A stretch of DNA of 64,000 bases from Terracidiphilus sp. (GTDB taxonomy: Bacteria; Acidobacteriota; Terriglobia; Terriglobales; Acidobacteriaceae). Below, piece after piece: positions 10,280 through 20,323 of this stretch (within the stretch, counting starts at the first letter, position 1; every line of letters starts with the position of its first letter). The stretch is from assembly GCA_049508975.1 (NCBI GenBank), contig JBELAI010000002.1:29594-93593 (forward strand), given 5' to 3'. Below the pieces are notes generated by a model. It had not been told where the DNA came from and made no database searches. It worked only from the letters and a program-made list of their open reading frames with translations. A program made the position numbers and the translations under genes.

Positions 10280-10308
10280 AGGATATATTCGCATTACGCA
10301 ACCGTCAA
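10280..10308 (-). promoter_or_regulatory. Sigma70-type promoter for agaS1 operon (TTGACG-N17-TATCCT)
   Basis: -35 at 10308-10303, -10 at 10285-10280, exact 17-bp spacer, 85 nt upstream of ATG. Confidence 0.65.
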
Positions 10309-10505
10309 GTCTTTCACTTTGTAATTTTCGAAACCGATATTGAAGCGAGGCGAGCGATGCAAGACGCTCTGGGAAGATGAACGCCTTGCATCGATCTATG
10401 TCCTGGAACGCTCACTTTGGTTGAGCCCTGCAGGGCGTTCCATGCAAAATGAACGTCGCTCTCTACGAGAAATCCAGAATTATAGAGTTCATTTCCTCAT
10501 TTTGC

Positions 10506-10534
10506 TTGACAATGGCAACGATAAATCGTAAAAA
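10506..10534 (+). promoter_or_regulatory. Sigma70-type promoter for TBDT operon (TTGACA-N17-TAAAAA)
   Basis: Consensus -35, 17-bp spacer, 4/6 -10; GGGAGG RBS before ATG 10650. Confidence 0.55.
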
Positions 10535-10649
10535 ACAGACACGACTCGAAAGGTTGCACAATGAAGTGAAATACGAGTTGTCCGACACATAGAAGCAGCC
10601 GCAGCATTTCAACTGGGCCGGGCATTTCAATTTAGGGAGGGCAGCATAC

Positions 10650-13600
10650 ATGAATCGAACAGACAAAAGAACGAATGCAGGATGTCGATACTTCAACCGT
10701 GTGCAATGCATGTCTGCAATGCTTTTCTTATCTTTCTTAGTTCTCGTTCTATGTGCTCCTTCGGCATTTGGCCAGTTCACCACAGCACGTCTAAGCGGGA
10801 CGGTCCAGGACAAGTCCGGCGCGGCAATCCCCGGAGCGGCCGTGACCGTGGAGCAGGTCGGGACCGGATATAAGCAGCAGGTCAAATCGGGGCAAGCGGG
10901 GGAATTCCTGTTTCCCAGCCTGCCGGTCGGCGAGTACCAGTTGACAGTTGAAATGACAGGCTTCAGTACCTATTTGCAAAAAGGGATTGGATTGGAGGTT
11001 GGTCAGGCCGCCAGCCAGAAGGTCACCTTGGCGGTGGGAACGGTAACCCAGCAGGTCACGGTGGAGGGCAGCAGCAACCAGGTAACAACCGACGACGCGG
11101 CGGTGATCCAGGTGATCGACGAGAAGAGCATGGAAAGCATGCCGTTGAATGGCCGCGAGGCTCAACAGTTGGTTTTTCTTGTTCCGGGCGCAGTCGATGT
11201 CACCGGGCAGAACTGCGGCTCCAACTGTGAAGGCGGAGTTCTTCCCGGCGAGCAATATGCGAAGGTCAATGGTGGCGGTTCCAACGGCGTCTATTACTTG
11301 TTGGATGGCGTGGATTATAACGACATGTATATCAACACGAATCTGCCCTTCCCAAGTCCCGACGCTCTGCAGGAATTCAATGTGCAAACCGATAACATGA
11401 GCGCTGCATACGGAAACGCGACCGGCGGAGTGGCGAATGTTGTAACCAAGTCCGGCACAGATCAGTTTCATGGCGATGTCTTTGAGTTTCTCCGCAACTA
11501 TGCGATGGATGCAAAGAACTACTTTGCTACCTCTCCAAATCCGCTGAAGCAAAATCAATTTGGAGGTACCATCGGCGGACCGATCCTGAAAGGCAAGCTG
11601 TTTTTCTTTGGATCCTATCAAGGCACGCGCCAAAACACGTCTGACAATGGCTTGACTTCCCAGGTTCCGACGCAGGCAGAGCGCAATGGAGATTTCTCGG
11701 CTCTTCTCCCCGGTACGGTTTTGACGAACCCCAACACGACTTCACCTTACCAATTCAACAGCAACAACATGATCAATCCGGCCGCCTTCGATCCAACGGC
11801 TCTGTATTTGCTGAATTACGTTCCTCTACCAAATGACCCGGCGGATGGGCCCAATTATCTGAAGTACAACGGAGCCCCATCTGTGCAGAACACCGACGAA
11901 TACCTGGTCAAGATTGACTACAACCGCGGCAAACATCACATTAGTGGGCACTATTTTCAACTCCGGTACACAGTCCCGATCATCATCCCGCCATCTAGCA
12001 ACATTCTTGAAGGTAATGGAGAAGATCCACAAAATCAGGACCTGAAGAATGTCAGTGTGGTCGACATCTACACGATTTCGTCCAACATTCTTCTTAATAG
12101 TTATTTCGGATGGACACACAAGACCGGGCTGACTGAATCTCCGGCGCCTTTCAATATTGCTCAGGCGGGCGCAAACATTGCACAGCCCACGAATTTTCCG
12201 GCGACACTCAATGTTGTTGTGCCGGGAGCGTTCACCGTTGGCGATCAACCGTCTCCGGGAACATGGAATCACAGCGACATATCCGATCGTGAAATTGCCA
12301 CGTTTGTTAAAGGGCCGAATGAACTCCAGTTCGGCGGAGAATGGGAACACATTCATCTTCCTATGGGCAATTCGTACCAGTCCGATGGCAACTACAATTT
12401 TGGCGGCAACCTCAGCGGGAATAGTCTTTCCGACTTTTTGCTGGGAGCTGCATCCAGCTTTACGCAGGCTGGCGGTTTGTACCTGGACTTCACTGGAAAC
12501 GATTGGAGCTTCTTTGTCCAGGATAACTGGCATGCGACTTCGCGGCTCACACTGAACGCCGGCGTGCGCTGGGATCCTTTCTTCCCTTACACAGATAGCG
12601 AGGGGCGCGTTGCGTGTTTTGTACCCGGAGCGCAATCGGTGCGATACCCCAATGCGCCGCAGGACTTGATCTTCGGCGGAAGCAACCACGATGCTGGATG
12701 TCCCGCATCCTCCATCTACAACAACTTGAGCAATATCGGCCCGCGCTTTGGTTTTGCATATCAGCTAACATCTGATTCCAAGACCAGCATTCGTGGTGGG
12801 GCAGGCTATTATTACCAGGCGCCCAATGGCGTAGCGTTCGAAGATGTTGTTGGTGTTCCCCCGTTCGCGCCTATCGTTAACATTACGAATACCAATTTCA
12901 CCAACCCTTATTCCGCCGCTGGCGTGGCGAATCCGTTTCCTGCTTCGTTTGGCCCAATCAATCCGGGTGCTTCGGTGACGTTTCCGCAGAACATCGCTTT
13001 TACACAGATTTTCGACAGGCATTTCCGGCTTCCTCAAATTCTGACGTATAACCTAACCTTGGAGCGCGAGTTCGGCTCCAGTTGGTTTTTACGGGCGGAA
13101 TACGCGGCAAACCATGGAGCTCACCTCGGTGGTACGGGAGACCAGGAATCAGGGCTGCTCCAGTTGAATCCTTCGGTTTATATTCCAGGGCTGGCGCCTG
13201 ATGGCACTCCCAACTCGACGGAGAACAATATTCAATCGCGCCTAACCTACCCAAACTACGGGTTCATCGGTTCCATCAACTCCGGAGTGAACAGCAACTA
13301 TAATGCCGGCCAGCTTGAGCTTGAAAAGCGCTTCACTTATGGCTTGACCTTTCAAACGAATTTTACGTGGTCGCGCGCCTTGAATGACTTCGGCCCTAAT
13401 GGACAGCCGGGGATATTTGGAATCTACGGCATCAACACCTGCGCTTGTGGCCGCTCTCTTGACTACGGCCCTGACGCCGGCGACGATAACAAGGTCTTCA
13501 GGTTATCGGGAAATTATGCTCTTCCTCGCGTTCCGGTCAAGGGTGTTGCGAATGAGGCGATCAATGGATGGAACCTTAGCTTTATCTCGAATTGGCAAAC

Positions 13601-14024
13601 AGGCTTTCCGTTCACGTCATTCGCTGAGGACGACAATTCCTTCAGTGCGATGGGGAATGACCGTCCAGACATTACGGTGGCGAATATTGCGCAGACGAAG
13701 CTGAGTTCCGGGCGCTCCCATACTGAGCTGATCAACGAATGGTTTAATACTTCCGATTTTGTTGCCAACGCAGTTGGAACATACGGAAACATTGGCAAGA
13801 ACTCTCTTCGTGGTCCGAGACTTTTCACAACGGACCTGGCGCTGTTGAAGACCGGAAAGGCAGGCGAGCGCGTTCGGTATGAATTCCGGGCAGAATTCTA
13901 CAATGCCTTCAACAATGTTAACTTTGGCAATCCGGACGCTGGACTCCAGGATAGCAACTTCGGACAAATCAGCTCTGCCAACGACCCTCGAATTCTTCAG
14001 ATGGCTCTGAAACTCAGCTTTTAA
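10650..14024 (+). CDS. TonB-dependent receptor (Oar-like, N-terminal carboxypeptidase regulatory-like domain)
   Basis: GTVQDKSGAAIPGA, PLNGR, VTKSGT-FHG-FEFLRN, NQFGGTIGGPI, C-terminal PRILQMALKLSF. Confidence 0.93.
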   Translation: MNRTDKRTNAGCRYFNRVQCMSAMLFLSFLVLVLCAPSAFGQFTTARLSGTVQDKSGAAIPGAAVTVEQVGTGYKQQVKSGQAGEFLFPSLPVGEYQLTVEMTGFSTYLQKGIGLEVGQAASQKVTLAVGTVTQQVTVEGSSNQVTTDDAAVIQVIDEKSMESMPLNGREAQQLVFLVPGAVDVTGQNCGSNCEGGVLPGEQYAKVNGGGSNGVYYLLDGVDYNDMYINTNLPFPSPDALQEFNVQTDNMSAAYGNATGGVANVVTKSGTDQFHGDVFEFLRNYAMDAKNYFATSPNPLKQNQFGGTIGGPILKGKLFFFGSYQGTRQNTSDNGLTSQVPTQAERNGDFSALLPGTVLTNPNTTSPYQFNSNNMINPAAFDPTALYLLNYVPLPNDPADGPNYLKYNGAPSVQNTDEYLVKIDYNRGKHHISGHYFQLRYTVPIIIPPSSNILEGNGEDPQNQDLKNVSVVDIYTISSNILLNSYFGWTHKTGLTESPAPFNIAQAGANIAQPTNFPATLNVVVPGAFTVGDQPSPGTWNHSDISDREIATFVKGPNELQFGGEWEHIHLPMGNSYQSDGNYNFGGNLSGNSLSDFLLGAASSFTQAGGLYLDFTGNDWSFFVQDNWHATSRLTLNAGVRWDPFFPYTDSEGRVACFVPGAQSVRYPNAPQDLIFGGSNHDAGCPASSIYNNLSNIGPRFGFAYQLTSDSKTSIRGGAGYYYQAPNGVAFEDVVGVPPFAPIVNITNTNFTNPYSAAGVANPFPASFGPINPGASVTFPQNIAFTQIFDRHFRLPQILTYNLTLEREFGSSWFLRAEYAANHGAHLGGTGDQESGLLQLNPSVYIPGLAPDGTPNSTENNIQSRLTYPNYGFIGSINSGVNSNYNAGQLELEKRFTYGLTFQTNFTWSRALNDFGPNGQPGIFGIYGINTCACGRSLDYGPDAGDDNKVFRLSGNYALPRVPVKGVANEAINGWNLSFISNWQTGFPFTSFAEDDNSFSAMGNDRPDITVANIAQTKLSSGRSHTELINEWFNTSDFVANAVGTYGNIGKNSLRGPRLFTTDLALLKTGKAGERVRYEFRAEFYNAFNNVNFGNPDAGLQDSNFGQISSANDPRILQMALKLSF

Positions 14025-14041
14025 GAAACTCTTAGCCAACC

Positions 14042-14109
14042 AGGTGCGTGGACAAAATGTAAGTTGGCAATCAACGCCACTTATAAACGTCCAGGCACCT
14101 TGTTTTTCT
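14042..14109 (+). terminator. Long stem-loop plus T-tract after the TBDT gene
   Basis: AGGTGCGTGGAC...GTCCAGGCACCT (11/12 pairs) enclosing a second imperfect stem, followed by TGTTTTTCT. Confidence 0.55.
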
Positions 14110-14219
14110 CACTTTCGAGTTTTAAGGGAGTACATTCGATCGTTTCAGGCGATGAGTGCAAATAACCCAATAACTCGGCGCTAGGGGAACGACTGAGGGA
14201 TTCTAAACAGAAGGTCAAA

Positions 14220-15452
14220 ATGCGCCCAATCAGTCGTCGAACGATGTTGGCCACCACGGGTGTTGGGGCTCTTTCCGCAGGGCTCTCAACGGCTTGGGCC
14301 GTGAGTCCGGGCGAGAGTTCAGCGGCACAAGAGAAGACGGAGCATTCTCAGAAATGCTCTCTTTCCCTGACGGACTACCAGCCGGAGTCGATGCTTCACG
14401 TGCAGACGACCGATGTAATCCGCTCAAGATTCCCAGTCATCGATTTCCATACACATGTGACTAACTCGGCGCGCGTCGAGGACGGCGTTGCCATCGGAGC
14501 CGCACGTGTCTACAACGGTATGCCGCAAGATTTGTTGCCGGTTATGGATCGTACGAACGTTCTTGCGATGGTGAATTTGACCGGTGGCTTCGGAGATGGC
14601 CTGACCGACTCGATAAGTCATCTTGACCGGAGCTATGCAGGGCGGTTCTACTCCATGACCGAGCCATCCTACGATATGTTTGGGCGAGCGAATTACCCGC
14701 AAGTGCAAGCGGACGCAATCGCCCAGGCGCATCGGGACGGCGCGCGTGGACTGAAGATTCTGAAAACCCTGGGGCTCTTTCTTCGTGAGAATACGACAAG
14801 CGGTCCGCTCGTCAAGGTTGACGATCCGCGATTCGATCCGATGTGGGAGACCTGTGGCAGCCTCAATCTGCCGGTAGCCATCCATGTGTCGGATCCGATA
14901 GCATTCTTTCGTCCCACCGACCACCTCAATGAGCGATATGAGGAGCTGAGCAATCATCCGGATTGGTCGTTTGCCTCGCCGGAGTATCCTTCCAATGCAG
15001 AAATTCTCGAAGCGCGGAACCGTGTCTTTGCGCGACATCCGAAGACGCAGTTTGTCGCTTTGCACGTCGGCAATTTTGCGGAGGACCTGGAGAATGTTTC
15101 GGCTAACCTCGATCGATTCCCGAACATGCATGTGGACATTGCTGCAAGGCTCAATGAGCTTGGCCGGCAGCCCCGCGCGACGCGCCGTTTCTTCGATCGA
15201 TATCAGGACCGGATCGTCTTCGGAACCGACGCAACACCACATGGAGATCAGTTCCCACAGCAAGCGTTTGGCGACGCGCTCTACCAGATCTATTTCCGGT
15301 TTCTGGAGACCGCGGATGAATATTTCGACTATGCACCGTCCGCAACACCTCCGCAGGGCCGGTGGCGTATCTCAGGTATCGAATTGCCCGACAGCATTCT
15401 CCACAAGGTTTATAGCCAGAACGCGGCGCGTTTATTAAACATTGTTGTGTAG
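14220..15452 (+). CDS. Amidohydrolase (Amidohydro_2-like), Tat-exported
   Basis: SRRTML Tat motif; IDFHTH metal motif, GLKILK, AIHVSDP, LHVGN, FGTD. Confidence 0.85.
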   Translation: MRPISRRTMLATTGVGALSAGLSTAWAVSPGESSAAQEKTEHSQKCSLSLTDYQPESMLHVQTTDVIRSRFPVIDFHTHVTNSARVEDGVAIGAARVYNGMPQDLLPVMDRTNVLAMVNLTGGFGDGLTDSISHLDRSYAGRFYSMTEPSYDMFGRANYPQVQADAIAQAHRDGARGLKILKTLGLFLRENTTSGPLVKVDDPRFDPMWETCGSLNLPVAIHVSDPIAFFRPTDHLNERYEELSNHPDWSFASPEYPSNAEILEARNRVFARHPKTQFVALHVGNFAEDLENVSANLDRFPNMHVDIAARLNELGRQPRATRRFFDRYQDRIVFGTDATPHGDQFPQQAFGDALYQIYFRFLETADEYFDYAPSATPPQGRWRISGIELPDSILHKVYSQNAARLLNIVV

Positions 15453-15530
15453 ACAATTGCGAGTGCAGCAGAGCGCGAATGGAAGTGGATCGTGACCATA
15501 TTCACAGCTGCGACAAGCGGATGGACTTCA

Positions 15531-16919
15531 ATGAAATTGAAAGCTCTCGCATGCGGTCTAATTGTAAGCACGGCTGTTCTAAACGGCCATGCCCAGAAAG
15601 AGACAGTCGTCATCCGGCCGGTTGAAACACCGGATGTCCTCATCAACCCCGGCATGGGGATTACCACTTTTCAACGATTCAATGGACAGGAACTGAACCC
15701 TCCGTATACTTGGTCGGAACGGGGGCCGGTCGAAAGACTTCACGATGCAAACCCCAAGCCGGATTTCCCAGATACTTCGATCGCCTATATGCGGTGGTAT
15801 TGGAGCGCCCTTGAACCGGAGCGCGGAAAGTTCCGGTGGGACATTATCGACCTAGCATTAGCCGAGGCTCAGAAGCATGGGCAGAGACTGGCGATTCGCC
15901 TGATGCCGTACTCGGACCGGGATCCACTGCCTGGCTGGTACCGCAGTTCGGGAGCGCGGCGAGCGAACGCATCTGCGGACAAGGACGGAGCAATCTGGCA
16001 ACCTGATTTCAGCGATCCGCTGTATCTGAAGTACTGGGGTGAGCTGGTTGCGGCAGCAGGCGAGCGGTACGACGGCGATCCCATCCTTGACAGCGTCGAT
16101 ATCTCCTCCGTTGGTTATTGGGGTGAAGGATGGAGCAGTTATATGCCGGTGTTTCAGTTTCAAAAGCCGCTCATTGACATTTGGCTGCAGGCGTTTCCGC
16201 ATACAACGCGGCTGATGAACTTCGACGAGCCGGAGGCGCTGGCCTATGGCACCCAGCACGGGGCAGGATGGCGGCTGGACTGCCTGGGCGATATGAAAGC
16301 GAACGATTCGGAGATGCTGGACCAGTACCCGGAAGAAGTCGCGCGTACTGGCATTCAGGATGTCTGGAAGCAGCGCCCTGTATCGCTGGAAACCTGTGGC
16401 ACGCCTTCAACCTGGCTGCGCGATGGTTACGACGTAAATTATATCCTCGAACAGGCTTTGCGCTGGCACGTTACTTCCGTTAACGTGAAGTCATCACCGA
16501 TTCCCATACAATGGCGGGCGCAGTTTGCGGATTTTGAGAAGCGCATGGGCTATCGTTTCGTACTGCGTCGCCTGGAGTATCCGGCGCATGTTACTGCGGG
16601 CTCCATGATGCCAGTACACATGTGGTGGTTTAATGCCGGAGTTGCGCCAGTTTACAAGGAATACAAGCTGGCCGTGCAACTGCGGTCGCAGGTAGATCAA
16701 GCTGTCATCCAAGTGCCTGCAGATGTGACAAAGTGGCTCCCTGGCGATTCGGTCGTGGATGAATCGATCTATATCTCCACTAACCTGACAGCAGGGAAAT
16801 ATCGTTTGCGTATCGGCCTTCTCGACCCGGAAACTGGAGCGCCAGCCATACGGCTACCTATCCAGGGGCGACAGGCTGACGGATGGTATGACATGGGGTC
16901 CATCGAGATTGAGAAGTAA
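15531..16919 (+). CDS. Secreted DUF4832-domain protein (GH42/GH-A-like TIM barrel, putative glycosidase)
   Basis: Signal peptide; LINPGMG, YMRWYWSALEPERGKF, VGYWGEGW, WRLDCLG, MGYRFVL, NAGVAPVY. Confidence 0.78.
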   Translation: MKLKALACGLIVSTAVLNGHAQKETVVIRPVETPDVLINPGMGITTFQRFNGQELNPPYTWSERGPVERLHDANPKPDFPDTSIAYMRWYWSALEPERGKFRWDIIDLALAEAQKHGQRLAIRLMPYSDRDPLPGWYRSSGARRANASADKDGAIWQPDFSDPLYLKYWGELVAAAGERYDGDPILDSVDISSVGYWGEGWSSYMPVFQFQKPLIDIWLQAFPHTTRLMNFDEPEALAYGTQHGAGWRLDCLGDMKANDSEMLDQYPEEVARTGIQDVWKQRPVSLETCGTPSTWLRDGYDVNYILEQALRWHVTSVNVKSSPIPIQWRAQFADFEKRMGYRFVLRRLEYPAHVTAGSMMPVHMWWFNAGVAPVYKEYKLAVQLRSQVDQAVIQVPADVTKWLPGDSVVDESIYISTNLTAGKYRLRIGLLDPETGAPAIRLPIQGRQADGWYDMGSIEIEK

Positions 16920-16935
16920 GGTTGATCGCCGGGCT

Positions 16936-17796
16936 GTGTCTTTCCAGCGTATTGTGGCACTAAGCTCGATTTTTGCTGGCCTACTGGCTGGTGAATTTCT
17001 GTTCCGGCCCAGTGCTGAAACTGCGTTTCTGAACCTAACCGGCCAGAGCTATGGACGTGCTGCAATGACGGACGGAAAAACCGGTGCCGAGGGCAGAGGA
17101 GCGCACGATGTCAGACAGTCTTCGGTGAATCGAGAGCACTCGGTGATTGTTTCGAAGTTCTCAGCCGTCGATATCGTTCCTGATGGAAATCTGGAAAAGG
17201 AGTTCTGGACCGGAACAAATCGAATTCGATTCGACGAAGCGGGATTCTCCCGGACGAGGCATCCGGAGGCAAGGACTCTGCTTGCAAGCCGATGGACTCG
17301 TCAATATCTATATCTTGCCTTTTGGTGCCACTACCAGAACCTGAACACTTATGAGGGAGAAGATGCAGGTCCAGAGCGATGGCAGTTATGGGAGAAGGAT
17401 GTGGTGGAGGCATTTATCAATCCAACGCCTAACCGACCCTCACACTATTACGAATTTGAAGTCGCTCCTAACAATCAGTGGCTGGACCTGGAAATAGATT
17501 TGACGCAACATCCGTTCGGCAACCCAAAATGGAATTCGGGCTTTCTTCACGAGACGCGAATCGATGCTCAACGGCATGTGTGGACGGTTGAGATGCGAAT
17601 CCCAATCGTTTCTATGGCGGCGGCAGCGGCCCACCCGATCACAGAATGGAAAGTGAACTTCTACCGCTGCGATGGAGCTGAATCGGGTACATCGAGGCGC
17701 ATGCTCAGCTGGGGCGCGTTGCCTCTGAACCTTCCCGAGAACTCGTTTCACCAGCCAGATTCGTTCGGCATTCTCCGCTTCATCCCCGGTTCCTGA
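16936..17796 (+). CDS. Carbohydrate-binding family 9-like (CBM9/DOMON-like) protein
   Basis: DG-L-KEFW, LYLAF, LWEKDVVEAFI, YYEFEVAP, WTVEMRIP, NFYR, SFHQP. Start uncertain (ORF open from 16888). Confidence 0.75.
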   Translation: MSFQRIVALSSIFAGLLAGEFLFRPSAETAFLNLTGQSYGRAAMTDGKTGAEGRGAHDVRQSSVNREHSVIVSKFSAVDIVPDGNLEKEFWTGTNRIRFDEAGFSRTRHPEARTLLASRWTRQYLYLAFWCHYQNLNTYEGEDAGPERWQLWEKDVVEAFINPTPNRPSHYYEFEVAPNNQWLDLEIDLTQHPFGNPKWNSGFLHETRIDAQRHVWTVEMRIPIVSMAAAAAHPITEWKVNFYRCDGAESGTSRRMLSWGALPLNLPENSFHQPDSFGILRFIPGS

Positions 17797-17881
17797 TCGC
17801 GTGGGCCGGTGTGTCACTGCGTAGGTTGTGCTTCCCAGCGTGATCACTTCAAACCGAGGGGCGCAAGTAGATCTGTTCTTT

Positions 17882-18817
17882 TCAGTCGGCCGGATTAAGG
17901 AACGCGTGCATAAATGCTGGATCGCGGAAGGACTCCGTACCGCCCTGCCGAAGGGTGGACAAAGCAGCCGTGCGATTTCCAAAATCAGCGCAGGCGTCCG
18001 GAGCTTCTCCGCGAAGGTATGCGGCAAGGAATCCGGCATCGAAACTATCACCCGCGCCGATGGTATCGACAGGGGTTACTGGTAGAGCGGGAACGAACCA
18101 GCGGCGTCCGGCCTTCTCGACCAGGGAACCGCGTTTTCCGCATTTGATTGCGACCAATGAGACGCGCTTTGCAAGAGCTTCAATAGCGCTCTCTGAATCG
18201 GATTTTCCGGTGATGCGGCAGGCTTCGTCCTCGTTGGGCAGGAAGATATCGACTACGCCCAGGAGTTCGTCGAGCGGTGCGCCCCAGGTATCATCGGGAT
18301 CGTCATTGGTGTCGAGCGAAAGGGTGAGCCCTTTTGACTTCAGTTGGCGCAAGATCCCGGGCAAGTCTGGCTGCAACGCCTTGTGGAGGAATAGCGAGGA
18401 AAGGTGGAAGTGGCGGGCAGAGGCGAGGTATGCCAGATCGAGGTCAGCTGCGGCCATCTCAAACATGGTCCCAGGATAGGTGAGAATATGACGTTTTCCT
18501 TCATGGGTGAGGAGAATGGTGACGCCTGTGGATGTGCCGCCGGATATGCGCTTGACGGAGGAGATGTCGACACCTTTGGCTGCAAGCCGTTCGAGGGCGA
18601 TGCTGCCGAGGGGGTCGTCTCCAAGGCGTGTTACGAAACCGACAGAGACGCCAAGCGCGGCCAGGTTATGAGCCACAATCGCGGAGGAACTCCCCAAGGT
18701 CATTCCAAAGCCGGTCGCTAACAATTCGCGTTCCAGCGGCATGGCCTCAGGAAGGCCGTAGAGAATGAGATCCATATTGATTTCGCCCGCGATGGTGACA
18801 TCGAAGCGCTTCTTCAT
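17882..18817 (-). CDS. PfkB-family carbohydrate kinase
   Basis: GSSSAIVAHNLA-LG, PNEDE, DTIGAGDSFDAG; ATGA overlap with agaS2. Confidence 0.92.
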   Translation of the reverse strand: MKKRFDVTIAGEINMDLILYGLPEAMPLERELLATGFGMTLGSSSAIVAHNLAALGVSVGFVTRLGDDPLGSIALERLAAKGVDISSVKRISGGTSTGVTILLTHEGKRHILTYPGTMFEMAAADLDLAYLASARHFHLSSLFLHKALQPDLPGILRQLKSKGLTLSLDTNDDPDDTWGAPLDELLGVVDIFLPNEDEACRITGKSDSESAIEALAKRVSLVAIKCGKRGSLVEKAGRRWFVPALPVTPVDTIGAGDSFDAGFLAAYLRGEAPDACADFGNRTAALSTLRQGGTESFRDPAFMHAFLNPAD

Positions 18818-19944
18818 ATTGCTCCCTGCGTTTCGAAGGCGTGGTGCGGATAAATTCTGACACCGCTGACCACGCGATTAATTACGCCGTCCGGGCTTGG
18901 GTTGTCGGGGTTCAAACCGATCATCAAGCTCAAATGATAGCCGAGCAATTGCGGCCCCAGAATTTCAAAAGGAGTACGCAGCGCATCGTCTAAGTGCGGC
19001 GCCACGGCAGGGATGAGTTGGTCGAACAGCCCGAGGGATTCCGCGGGGTCCGCGATCCCCACCAGGTAACCGATTCTCTTGGCGCGAAGTTCACGAATCA
19101 GATCCGCCTCATACTTGCTGCGCACCGGGTCACTGGAGAGCAGGCAGAGGACGAGAGTGTCCGGCGTGACGAACGACATGGGGCCGTGGCGAAGACCGAG
19201 ATACGTTTCGCAAAGCAGCGGAAACCGTCCCGCTGTCATCTCCAGCGTCTTCAGCCCGGCCTCTCTTTGCCAGCCGAGAAGGGGAGAGGAAGAGAGAACT
19301 ACGATGCGATCGCGAATGCGTGCGGCGGCGCGCTCGCAGGCTTGATCGATGACCCTCAGCAACGAGCCGGCACGCGTGCTCAACTGCTTTTCGGCGGCTA
19401 CGGTGGCCTCCGGTTGAGCCAGTGCCAGACCGGCTAGCACCAGGTTGGAGAACGCGCTGGTCATTACAAGGCTCTGGTCATTGGTGCGTGGGTCAAGCAC
19501 GATAAGGCCGTCCAGACTGGACCGAGACAGTGCACCATCCTCATCGCAGACAATGGCAAATTGCTGAATGTCCGGCCGCAAGGCACGAACCTGATCGACC
19601 ACTGCAGAACTCTCCGGACTGCTGCCAGAGCGAGCCAGAGAGATCACTGCATCTATACTCGTCAGATATCGCTCTGCATCGACGAGCAGGTCCGTAGTGG
19701 GAACTGCGATGGCCTGTGGCCAAGCGGCCGCCACAGCATTTGCCGCGTATGCCGAAGTCCCCGCACCCGTCAGCAGCACGCGAGCTCCCTGGAGTTTTTT
19801 GTTCAGTCGCATCTGCTGCGATGCTGCGCGGACTATTTCAAGCGTCACCGGCCACAGAAGGGGCTGCTGAAGGATTTCAGGAAGAGTGTACCGCGGCGCG
19901 GTGAGCAGGGCGTCGATTAAGAGTGCGCTTTGATCGGGAGACAT
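18814..19944 (-). CDS. agaS: SIS-domain galactosamine-6-phosphate deaminase (copy 2)
   Basis: Colinear with copy 1, long identical blocks (DGLIVLDPRTND, SLVMTSAFSNLVLAGL, GLNPDNPSPDGVINRVV); GGAG RBS before ATG 19944. Confidence 0.88.
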   Translation of the reverse strand: MSPDQSALLIDALLTAPRYTLPEILQQPLLWPVTLEIVRAASQQMRLNKKLQGARVLLTGAGTSAYAANAVAAAWPQAIAVPTTDLLVDAERYLTSIDAVISLARSGSSPESSAVVDQVRALRPDIQQFAIVCDEDGALSRSSLDGLIVLDPRTNDQSLVMTSAFSNLVLAGLALAQPEATVAAEKQLSTRAGSLLRVIDQACERAAARIRDRIVVLSSSPLLGWQREAGLKTLEMTAGRFPLLCETYLGLRHGPMSFVTPDTLVLCLLSSDPVRSKYEADLIRELRAKRIGYLVGIADPAESLGLFDQLIPAVAPHLDDALRTPFEILGPQLLGYHLSLMIGLNPDNPSPDGVINRVVSGVRIYPHHAFETQGAI

Positions 19945-20029
19945 TAGAACTCCAATTCTAGAGGGGGCAGTAAACGGCAATTTCGAAGAACGAGCCGCAC
20001 TAGAAAAGATAAATGTGAAGCTATACGTA

Positions 20030-20058
20030 AGGATATATCTATATTTCGAAAACAACAA
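20030..20058 (-). promoter_or_regulatory. Promoter for agaS2-pfkB (TTGTTG-N17-TATCCT), homologous to the agaS1 promoter
   Basis: Same -10 context (ATATATCCTTACRTA), 86 nt upstream of ATG. Confidence 0.55.
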
Positions 20059-20323
20059 GCCATCAATATGATATCGAGACGTTTCCGGCAGATGGCTCGC
20101 TGGCGCGGCTGCTGAAAAGGTATGTCACTCAAGCTTTCAGTATTTTTGTTTAACAGCGATGATTGACGAAACTTGATCGCAGTCGTAAGATAACGAAGCA
20201 TTGTGATCAGAGCCATCCTTTGAGTTTGACGTTTATCGGAGCTGTTCCCGCCGGGCGGCGACGCGCCATTGGTTCCATGAGACGGACGATCAAAAATACC
20301 GGCGCGGGCGAAAAGGAGTCGAA

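Noticed and set aside
19945-20058. N-terminal extension of agaS2 in the ORF track
   Set aside because: It overlaps the predicted promoter; the paralog alignment and RBS support ATG 19944.
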